NCBI GenBank assembly: GCA_902780935.1
Contig: CACZHP010000001.1
Coordinates: 129,264-193,263 of the forward strand
Source of the DNA: an uncultured Bacteroidia bacterium
GTDB lineage: Bacteria > Bacteroidota > Bacteroidia > Bacteroidales > UBA932
Direction of reading: 5' to 3'
DNA length: 64,000 nucleotides
The position numbers and the translations under genes were made by a program. Under the pieces are notes generated by a model. It made no database searches. It saw only the letters and a list, made by a program, of their open reading frames with translations, and had not been told where the DNA came from. This document shows, piece by piece, positions 36,581-44,251 of this stretch. Each line of letters starts with the position of its first letter. Within the stretch, counting starts at the first letter, position 1.

Positions 36581-36621
36581 AGAAAGACCGGTACGGATTG
36601 TGCCGGTTTTTCTTTTTTTTT
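36581..36621 (+). terminator. Intrinsic terminator after rpsC
   Basis: AGAAAGACCGGTAC-GGATT-GTGCCGGTTTTTCT hairpin followed by a T run. Confidence 0.85.
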
Positions 36622-36653
36622 GGTAACTTTAAAGCTGCTAACATTTCGCTTCA

Positions 36654-37472
36654 ATGAATAGGAATCCACTCATATTCACCATTCTCGCCATCGCTTTGCT
36701 GTGCGGTTGTGGCGGCAAGGACGGCAGACCGTCCGTGAACGGTACTTATCCAAAAGAGAAACATGTGACCCGCATCGTCCAGTACAATGTCGGGGTGTTC
36801 GCCAAAGAGATTGAGAACAGTATCCCGATGGTCGCGGCTATGTTGACTGAGATCGGGGCGGATGCCGTGTCTGTCAATGAGCTGGACAGCTGCACCACGC
36901 GCCACGGTAATTACCAGCTCTCTGATTTCGCCGGGGCGATGGGCGGATGGGAATACCGTTTCAGTCGGGCGATGCCTTTCGCCGGAGGTGCTTATGGGGT
37001 CGGTATCACGGTTCCGGAGAAGATACTATCTTCGTTCACAGTTCCTCTTCCAAAGGGAAAAGGGACGGAGCCGAGGGCATGCGGAGTTGTGGAGACCAAG
37101 CGTTATATCCTTGCCACCACGCACCTCGACTATAAGGATATGCCCTCGATGGTAATCCAGGCCAAAACCATAAATGAGGCGCTTGCCGCCAAATACGCCA
37201 GATCGAAAAAGCCGGTATTCCTGGCTGGGGACTTGAACGCGACAGCTGGGAGTGACGTCCTTAAAGAGCTTGGGAAAGAGTGGGATGTGCTTTCTTGCGG
37301 GAAGAACACTTTCTCCGCAGACACCCCTTATGAGAGAATTGATTTTATTCTGGCTTTGAGGAACGGGGCCAAGTATTCTGTAGTCGGGTCCGATGTCCCG
37401 GTCGAGTTCAAAGGCGGAGATGTCAAGGTGGCATCAGATCACTTGCCGCTTTTCGTGGATGTGAAACTCTGA
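36654..37472 (+). CDS. Endonuclease/exonuclease/phosphatase family lipoprotein
   Basis: Lipobox LCGC; QYNV, NELD, TTHLD, AGDLN, RIDFI, SDHLP. Confidence 0.88.
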   Translation: MNRNPLIFTILAIALLCGCGGKDGRPSVNGTYPKEKHVTRIVQYNVGVFAKEIENSIPMVAAMLTEIGADAVSVNELDSCTTRHGNYQLSDFAGAMGGWEYRFSRAMPFAGGAYGVGITVPEKILSSFTVPLPKGKGTEPRACGVVETKRYILATTHLDYKDMPSMVIQAKTINEALAAKYARSKKPVFLAGDLNATAGSDVLKELGKEWDVLSCGKNTFSADTPYERIDFILALRNGAKYSVVGSDVPVEFKGGDVKVASDHLPLFVDVKL

Positions 37473-37526
37473 CGATCCGTTGACAAATTCATTGGTTTTT
37501 ATTAATTTAGCCGTGTTATAGAGCGG

Positions 37527-37553
37527 TGTCACCCTGAGCGGAGCGAAGGGTCT
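37527..37553. repeat. REP-like short dispersed element (TGTCACCCTGAGCGGAGCGAAGGGTCT)
   Basis: GC-rich imperfect palindrome (ACCCT...AGGGT) within an AT-rich spacer; resembles the GTCATCCTGAGCGxAGCGAAGGATCT type of intergenic repeat as I recall it; single copy in the window. Confidence 0.5.
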
Positions 37554-37590
37554 GCCGGTAGAAAATACTAAAACAATAACATAATTGATT

Positions 37591-38892
37591 ATGGCACAAT
37601 CCAGAAGAGATTTTATCAAGAAAGCCGGACTGGGAATCGGCGCCTTGACGATACTTCCGCGTGAGGTATTCGGCAAGATGGGCGACTCCTCCAGCAAGTT
37701 CGTCGCCCCGAGCGACCAGATGACCCGCGGTATCATCGGTGTCGGCGGCATCGGCATGAGCAACCTCCATTTTGTCAGCGATGAGCGTTGCCGTCTCGTC
37801 GCGGTCTGCGATGTTGACCAGAAGCACCTCGACAACGCTCTCCAGAAGGGCGAGGAGAGGTTCGGTACCAAGCTCCAGTCTTACCATGACTGGAGGGACC
37901 TGGTTCATGATCCCAATGTGGACATAGTACATATCGCCACTCCTTCCCATTGGCACGGGCTTATGGCGGTTGAGGCCGCCAAGGCGGGGAAGGATATCTT
38001 CTGCGAGAAGCCGATGACAAGGACTATCGGAGAAGGTCAGAAGGTGGTTGAGGCGGTAAACAAGTATGGCAGCATATTCCGTCTCGACACTTGGTTCCGT
38101 TTCAAGGACACCTTCTATGGACTTGGTACCACCGTCGAGCCTCTGAAGAAGCTCGTGGACAGCGGACTTCTCGGTTGGCCTCTTACCGTGAGGATTTCCG
38201 GAGCGACCGGATTTGCCTGGAAGTTCTATTGGACCGGACGTGAAAACCTTGAGCCTCAGCCGGTTCCGAAGGAACTCGACTACGATATGTGGCTTGGACC
38301 GGCTCCTGTGAAGCCTTATCATCCCCATCGTGTGCACCAGAGTTTCCGCGGATATTGGGACTACGAGTCCGGCGGTCTCGGTGATATGGGCCAGCACTAT
38401 ATCGACCCGGTCCAGTACTTCCTCGGCAAGGACAACGACCTTCCCGTGAAAGTCGAGGTTGACGCTCCCCAGCAGCATCCCGACGCCGTGGGCATCTGGA
38501 GGAGCATAACTTATACCTATGCCGACGGATGCAAGATCATCCTTGAGGGCGAGGGCTTCGAGAGCTCGGGTAAGGTTCCTTATCTTGAGGGTCCCAACGG
38601 AAAGGTTTACAAGGGATTCGAATGCACGATTCCTAATGTCATGGATGTCATCAACGAGCTTCCTGATCCGGAGCCTCGCCAGGTTGATTTCCTCGACTGC
38701 GTGAAGAACCGCCAGAAGTTCGCCCTCAACGAGGAGAACGGCCACCACAGCTGTACTATCGTCAATATGGGTTCCTGCGCCCTTCGTCTCGGAAGGACGC
38801 TCAATTTCGATCCCGACAAGCAGATGTTCATTAACGACGATGCCGCCAATTTGCTGATTAACCAGCCGATGCGCGCCCCTTGGTCAATTTAA
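37591..38892 (+). CDS. Tat-exported Gfo/Idh/MocA family oxidoreductase
   Basis: SRRDFIKK twin-arginine signal; IIGVGGIG, AVCDVD, IATPSHWH, CEKP, YDMWLGPAP, FRGYWDY, DMGQHYID. Confidence 0.92.
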   Translation: MAQSRRDFIKKAGLGIGALTILPREVFGKMGDSSSKFVAPSDQMTRGIIGVGGIGMSNLHFVSDERCRLVAVCDVDQKHLDNALQKGEERFGTKLQSYHDWRDLVHDPNVDIVHIATPSHWHGLMAVEAAKAGKDIFCEKPMTRTIGEGQKVVEAVNKYGSIFRLDTWFRFKDTFYGLGTTVEPLKKLVDSGLLGWPLTVRISGATGFAWKFYWTGRENLEPQPVPKELDYDMWLGPAPVKPYHPHRVHQSFRGYWDYESGGLGDMGQHYIDPVQYFLGKDNDLPVKVEVDAPQQHPDAVGIWRSITYTYADGCKIILEGEGFESSGKVPYLEGPNGKVYKGFECTIPNVMDVINELPDPEPRQVDFLDCVKNRQKFALNEENGHHSCTIVNMGSCALRLGRTLNFDPDKQMFINDDAANLLINQPMRAPWSI

Positions 38893-38905
38893 AACCGGAT
38901 AAGAC

Positions 38906-41350
38906 ATGAAAAAGATATATTCGATATTGATTCTTCTGGCCCTCTCGGTGTCCATGTACGCTCAGGACGCCAGGCAGAGGACAGTCCAGACCGTTGTCGC
39001 TGATGTGCTGGCTGCCATGCCGGCCCAGAACAGCTCCGATTTCGCCACCCAGATGGGCGATCTCGCAGCTGCTGCCCCCCAGTCTGTCGTGGAGGTGGCC
39101 AAGCTGATGAAGCCTGCCGGCACTGGTGTCAAGAACGCTATTTATGAATATGCCCTCCAGGGACTGGTCTCATATGTGAACGATCCCGCCCACGCCGCCA
39201 AGAAGGCTGACGTGCTCAAGGGTCTTCAGGATGCGGCCGCCGCTTGCCAGGACACTTATAACAAACAGCTGCTGACCTCCCTTCAGAGGATGCTCGGTGA
39301 CTATGTGGCTCCCGAGGCCGAGGCTTTGATGCCCCTCAAGGAAGCCAAGTCCCTCCTCAAGTCCGGCGCAACCCATGAGAAATGCCTCGCCGCCTGGTCA
39401 TTGATGAATGCCCAGCCCGAGAAGGCGATCAAGACAGTGGCTTCCGCCCTCAAGAGCGACGACAAGATATTCAGGAACTCTGTGATCGGCAACGCCACCA
39501 AGATCCTTGGGGCTTCCGCCCTTGTTCCCGTGCTCACCGGTAAGTTCAAGAAACTCTCGCCGGATGCTAAGGTTGATGTCCTCAATTGGCTGGGTAACAA
39601 TAAGATATCCTCTGTCGCCAATATCGTAAATGCTGCTATTGGAGACGGTGGTGAGGTTGCAAAGGCCGCCATCTCCGCCGCTGGCAAGATCGGCGGTTCC
39701 GCTGCCGGCAAGGCTCTTATCGGCCAGCTTGGAGGCGAGAACAGCGCCGAGGCTTTGACCGCCCTCAAGTCATTCAAGGGTGACATCAAGGATGATGTGG
39801 CCGCCGCTTTGACAGAGAAGCTCGCGGGGACTCCCGACATGGGCGCTGTCAACGCTTTGATGAGTCTCGCTTCCGCGAGGAAGATGAAGAATGTGGCTCC
39901 GATCGTCTATTCGATGATAGGCTCTTCTGACAAGGACCTTTCCTCAATGGCTACCAAGGCTTTGGCCAATTTCACTGGCGTGAATGATGTCGCCAAGGTC
40001 GGAGGTCTCCTAGATGCCGCAAAGGATGCCGCCAGCGTGTCCAGCTATCAGGATGCCCTCAAAGCCGCTGTCCACACTCTTGCTCCAGCGGAGCAGTATT
40101 CGAAGATAAGCGCTCTGATGAAGGCTGCCAAGAACGTGGCCAACTTCTATCCTGTGCTCGCTTCTACGGGCACCGACGAGGCCGTGGCTGACCTGGAGAA
40201 CGCCTGGAACTCAGGCAGCGCTCCCGCCCTTGACGCTCTAGCGACCGTCGATAATTTCAAAGCCGCCCCTATTCTGCTTAAGGCCGCCAAGGCCAACCCC
40301 GCCAAGCAGGGTTCTGTCCTTCCTCGTTACATCTCCCTGCTGGATCAGTTCGAGACCAATCCCGACAAGAAGCGCGCCGCCCTCGGAGAGGTTCTCGGCA
40401 TCACTGGACTTAAGGATGTCAAGAATCTGGCTTTGAAGTCTTTGGCAAATGTTCCCACCATGAAGTCCTTCTTGCTCGCCGGCAAATATCTTGATGACAA
40501 GGATGCCGCTTACGCCGCCGCCGGAGCGATCCGCAACATCGCTTCCAAGACAAAGGAAGAAGTTGATTACAACACCTTGAAGGCTAATCTTGACAAGGCC
40601 AAGACTATATTCAAGGCCGCCGGCGGGGCTGATGACGGTTACGCGATCGACGAGATCAACCAGGTTCTTGAGAAAGCCAAGCCTTTCACCCCTTCACAGC
40701 TCACTGCTGAGGAGAAGAAGCAGGGCTTTGAGATGCTCTTCGATGGAACCAACCTTGACAAATGGCAGGGAGACCTTGAAGGTTATATTCCTGTCAACGG
40801 AACCATCTATGTGAGCGCAAATTATGGCAGCACCGGCAACCTCTACACCAAGAAGGAATACCGTAATTTCGTATATCGTTTCGAGTTCTGCTTCCTCCGC
40901 GAGGGTGTCAATAATGGTGTCGGAATCCGCACTCCGATGGGTGTTGATGCCGCTTACGACGCCATGTGCGAGGTTCAAATTCTCGATCATGACGCGCCAA
41001 TGTACGCGAATTTACGCGAATACCAAGTTCATGGCTCGGTTTATGGAGTAATACCGGCCAAGAGGATCAAGCACAAGCCTCTCGGCGAGTGGAGCACCGA
41101 AGAGATAAGGGTCGAAGGAGACCGCATCAAGGTGACCGTCAACGGAGAGGTTATTGTGGACGGGAATATCCGCACAGCCTGCAAGGGTCACAATGTGGCT
41201 CCCGATGGCAGCGGAAACAATCCCTACACGGTGGATCACAGGAACCACCCCGGAATGTTCAACAAGAAGGGATTCATCTCCTTCTGTGGCCATGGGGAGG
41301 GACTCAAGATCCGCAATGTCAGGATCCTTGACCTTGGTGACAAGAAGTAG
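38906..41350 (+). CDS. Secreted Ala-rich alpha-solenoid (HEAT-like) protein with C-terminal DUF1080 domain
   Basis: Signal peptide; about 580 aa of amphipathic helical repeats; LFDGTNLDKW, NNGVGIR, EVQILD, GSVYG, GEWS, ISFCGHG, RNVRI. Confidence 0.85.
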   Translation: MKKIYSILILLALSVSMYAQDARQRTVQTVVADVLAAMPAQNSSDFATQMGDLAAAAPQSVVEVAKLMKPAGTGVKNAIYEYALQGLVSYVNDPAHAAKKADVLKGLQDAAAACQDTYNKQLLTSLQRMLGDYVAPEAEALMPLKEAKSLLKSGATHEKCLAAWSLMNAQPEKAIKTVASALKSDDKIFRNSVIGNATKILGASALVPVLTGKFKKLSPDAKVDVLNWLGNNKISSVANIVNAAIGDGGEVAKAAISAAGKIGGSAAGKALIGQLGGENSAEALTALKSFKGDIKDDVAAALTEKLAGTPDMGAVNALMSLASARKMKNVAPIVYSMIGSSDKDLSSMATKALANFTGVNDVAKVGGLLDAAKDAASVSSYQDALKAAVHTLAPAEQYSKISALMKAAKNVANFYPVLASTGTDEAVADLENAWNSGSAPALDALATVDNFKAAPILLKAAKANPAKQGSVLPRYISLLDQFETNPDKKRAALGEVLGITGLKDVKNLALKSLANVPTMKSFLLAGKYLDDKDAAYAAAGAIRNIASKTKEEVDYNTLKANLDKAKTIFKAAGGADDGYAIDEINQVLEKAKPFTPSQLTAEEKKQGFEMLFDGTNLDKWQGDLEGYIPVNGTIYVSANYGSTGNLYTKKEYRNFVYRFEFCFLREGVNNGVGIRTPMGVDAAYDAMCEVQILDHDAPMYANLREYQVHGSVYGVIPAKRIKHKPLGEWSTEEIRVEGDRIKVTVNGEVIVDGNIRTACKGHNVAPDGSGNNPYTVDHRNHPGMFNKKGFISFCGHGEGLKIRNVRILDLGDKK

Positions 41351-41367
41351 ATCATATAAAACGAAAA

Positions 41368-42426
41368 ATGAAGACAAGATCAATTATTTTAGGGGCCGCC
41401 CTGTCGCTAATGATAGCGGGTTGCGGCCCGAAAGTCTCTGACAAGACAGTAGTCACAGGCAACTTGGGAGCCGATGCCCCCGAGATGATTACCATCACCA
41501 TCAAGCCCTTGAATTACAACAGGAACGTTGTCGTCAAGAATGGACAGTTCAATGTTGAGGTTCCGAGATATGTCACGGGCTTGGCCAAATTGAAGGTCGG
41601 CAACATCACCGGAAGTTTCGTCTCAGACGGAACTCCTCTGAACATTACCTTCAACGAGGACAAGAGTCTCAATGTGACCTCGAAGTACCCGAAGATCTCG
41701 GTGCAGGCGAAATATGACGCCTACAACAAAGAGATGGATGGCCTGCAGGCCAAATATCGGCCGCTGATTGAGGCCGCCAAGGACGAGGCTACCGAGGACA
41801 AACTTTATGACGAGTACCAGAATAGCGCCAAGAAGGTTTGCCTGGCCGCTGTTGACGCCAATAAGGACAATCTGACCGCTGTCACTGCGATTGACAATCT
41901 CCGTTACTTGCTGACCAACGATCAGATGGATTCCGTTCTCACAACCATCGACACGGCTCTCGCCAAGATTCCTTCTATCTCGACAATCTCAAGGTCCGTC
42001 GCCGCAAGGAAGAAGACCGCCGAAGGCCAGAAGTTCACCGATTTCACAGTGAACGGCCAAAGCCTCTCCGATTATGTCGGTAAGGGCAAGTATATCCTCG
42101 TCGATTTCTGGGCTTCATGGTGCGGTCCGTGCAAGGCTGAGATGCCTAACATCAAGAATGTTTACCAGAAGTATGCCGGTCCGGAGTTCGACGTGCTCAG
42201 CGTCGCTGTCTGGGACAAGAAGGAGGACACCATCGAGTCAGCCAAGAAGCAGGGTATCGTCTGGAACCAGATCATTGACGCCCAGCGCGTGCCGACCAAC
42301 ATCTACGGAATTGACGGCATTCCCCACATCATCCTCTTCGGACCTGACGGAACCATCATAAAGAGGGATCTCCGCGGGGACGACATCGAGGCTGAGGTGG
42401 CCAAGCATGTCAAGCCCGTCAAGTAG
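41368..42426 (+). CDS. TlpA/ResA-like thiol-disulfide oxidoreductase lipoprotein (AhpC/TSA fold)
   Basis: Lipobox IAGC; LVDFWASWCGPCKAEMP, YGIDGIPHIILFGPDG. Confidence 0.9.
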   Translation: MKTRSIILGAALSLMIAGCGPKVSDKTVVTGNLGADAPEMITITIKPLNYNRNVVVKNGQFNVEVPRYVTGLAKLKVGNITGSFVSDGTPLNITFNEDKSLNVTSKYPKISVQAKYDAYNKEMDGLQAKYRPLIEAAKDEATEDKLYDEYQNSAKKVCLAAVDANKDNLTAVTAIDNLRYLLTNDQMDSVLTTIDTALAKIPSISTISRSVAARKKTAEGQKFTDFTVNGQSLSDYVGKGKYILVDFWASWCGPCKAEMPNIKNVYQKYAGPEFDVLSVAVWDKKEDTIESAKKQGIVWNQIIDAQRVPTNIYGIDGIPHIILFGPDGTIIKRDLRGDDIEAEVAKHVKPVK

Positions 42427-42428
42427 TC

Positions 42429-44249
42429 TTGGACGGAAAGAATCTCACTGTCAGGGAGAAAATCTCCCTGTTTCCACATTCCCCGGGGGTTTATCGCTAC
42501 TACGATTCCTCGGGGAAGGTGATTTATGTGGGGAAGGCCAAGGATCTCCATAAGCGGGTAGCCCAGTATTTCGTGCCACCCGAGAGGCTGAATGTCAAGA
42601 CCAGGCTGCTGGTCTCAAAGATAGCTGACGCCCAGTTTTCCGTGGTCGATTCCGAGGCGGATGCCCTCCTGCTTGAGAACAACCTTATTAAACAGTACAA
42701 ACCCCACTACAATATTCTCCTGAAGGATTCGAAGACTTATCCTTGGATAGTCGTGACCAATGAGGAGTTTCCCAGGGTCTTCCTGACCAGGAGGGTGGAT
42801 CGCAAGTCCGGAACTTATTATGGGCCATATAGTTCAGTGACCCATGCCAATTACCTCCTCGAGTTTTTCCGGAAGAACTATCCCTTGCGCTCATGCAAGC
42901 TTAAGATTACTGGAGAGGGAGTGCTCAGAGGCAAGTTCCGCCCTTGTCTGGAGATGCACATCGGGCGTTGCAAAGGCTGTTGCGTTGGGAGCGTCAGCAG
43001 GGAGGAGTATTCTTCCTGGATCCGAGAGATCACAAGGCTCCTTAAAGGCGGAGTGAACGACATAATCAGGGAATATGAGGCCTCAATGAAAGAGGCCGCT
43101 TCTGAACTCCGGTTCGAGGACGCGCAGGTGTTCAAGAACAGGATAGATGCCCTGAAGAAGCATTATTCAAAATCGATAATCTCCTCGGCGTCAGATGCTT
43201 CCTGCGATGTGTTCTCCCTTGTGTTCGACGGGAGCGAGGCCTTCGGCAATTTCTTGAGAGTTCGGGGAGGGGCGGTGATCCAGTCTCTCAATCTCGGGTT
43301 CAAGATGAACATCGAAGAGGAGCAGGCCTCTGTTCTCAGCGCTTTCATAGCTGAGATAGAATCCAAGTTCGGGGTATTGGCCAAGGAGGTGGTGGTGCCT
43401 TTCCTCCCGGACGTGGAGATTGACGGAGTGGAATTCAAGATCCCGGTCAAGGGAGACAAGATGTCACTCCTTGAACTTAGCGCCAAGAATGCGAGGGAAT
43501 ATCATTTCAACTCCCTCAAGCAGAAAGAGCGGACGGATCCGGACGAGTACAAGCGCATGGTCATGGAAGATCTTCAGAAGGCGCTGGGAATGAAGGAGTT
43601 ACCTAAGCATATCGAGTGTTTCGACAACTCTAACATCCAAGGCACCAATCCTGTAGCCTCCTGCGTGGTGTTCCGGGACGGGGTGCCGTCAAAGAAAGAT
43701 TACCGCAAATTCAAGATAAAAACGGTCATAGGCGCTAACGATTTCGCCTCGATGAAAGAGGTGGTCAACCGCAGGTATTCCCGCATGTTGGAGGAGGCTC
43801 CTGATGACCTTCCGCAGCTTGTAGTGATAGATGGAGGTGAAGGTCAGTTGGAGTTTGCTAGGCAGGCCCTCGCCGAGCTCGGGCTGCTCGACAAGCTGAT
43901 GGTTGTCGGTCTCGCGAAAAGGATGGAGCTGGTCATCCGGATCAATGATCCTTATCCCCTTTTCCTTGACCGTAACTCACACGCCCTCAAGGTCTTGATG
44001 CAGATTAGGGACGAGGCTCACCGGTTCGGAATAACCTTCCATCGCTCCCTGCGTAGCAAGGGGCAGATCCAGAGCGCTTTGAGAACGATCAAAGGAGTCG
44101 GAGAGCAGACCGAGAGCCGCTTGTTGATGCATTACGGGTCGGTGGCCCGAATCGCCGCCGCCTCGCTTGAGGATTTGTCCACCATGGTCTCCCCGGCCCT
44201 TGCGAAGACCATTCTTGAGGAACTGAATAAAGAATACTCAAACCAATAA
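42429..44249 (+). CDS. uvrC: Excinuclease ABC subunit C
   Basis: PGVYRY..IYVGKAK GIY-YIG, ALLLENNLIK, ECFDNSN, DDFAS-like NDFASM, VIDGGEGQ, RDEAHRFGITFHR, HhH; TTG start. Confidence 0.96.
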   Translation: MDGKNLTVREKISLFPHSPGVYRYYDSSGKVIYVGKAKDLHKRVAQYFVPPERLNVKTRLLVSKIADAQFSVVDSEADALLLENNLIKQYKPHYNILLKDSKTYPWIVVTNEEFPRVFLTRRVDRKSGTYYGPYSSVTHANYLLEFFRKNYPLRSCKLKITGEGVLRGKFRPCLEMHIGRCKGCCVGSVSREEYSSWIREITRLLKGGVNDIIREYEASMKEAASELRFEDAQVFKNRIDALKKHYSKSIISSASDASCDVFSLVFDGSEAFGNFLRVRGGAVIQSLNLGFKMNIEEEQASVLSAFIAEIESKFGVLAKEVVVPFLPDVEIDGVEFKIPVKGDKMSLLELSAKNAREYHFNSLKQKERTDPDEYKRMVMEDLQKALGMKELPKHIECFDNSNIQGTNPVASCVVFRDGVPSKKDYRKFKIKTVIGANDFASMKEVVNRRYSRMLEEAPDDLPQLVVIDGGEGQLEFARQALAELGLLDKLMVVGLAKRMELVIRINDPYPLFLDRNSHALKVLMQIRDEAHRFGITFHRSLRSKGQIQSALRTIKGVGEQTESRLLMHYGSVARIAAASLEDLSTMVSPALAKTILEELNKEYSNQ

Positions 44250-44251
44250 CC

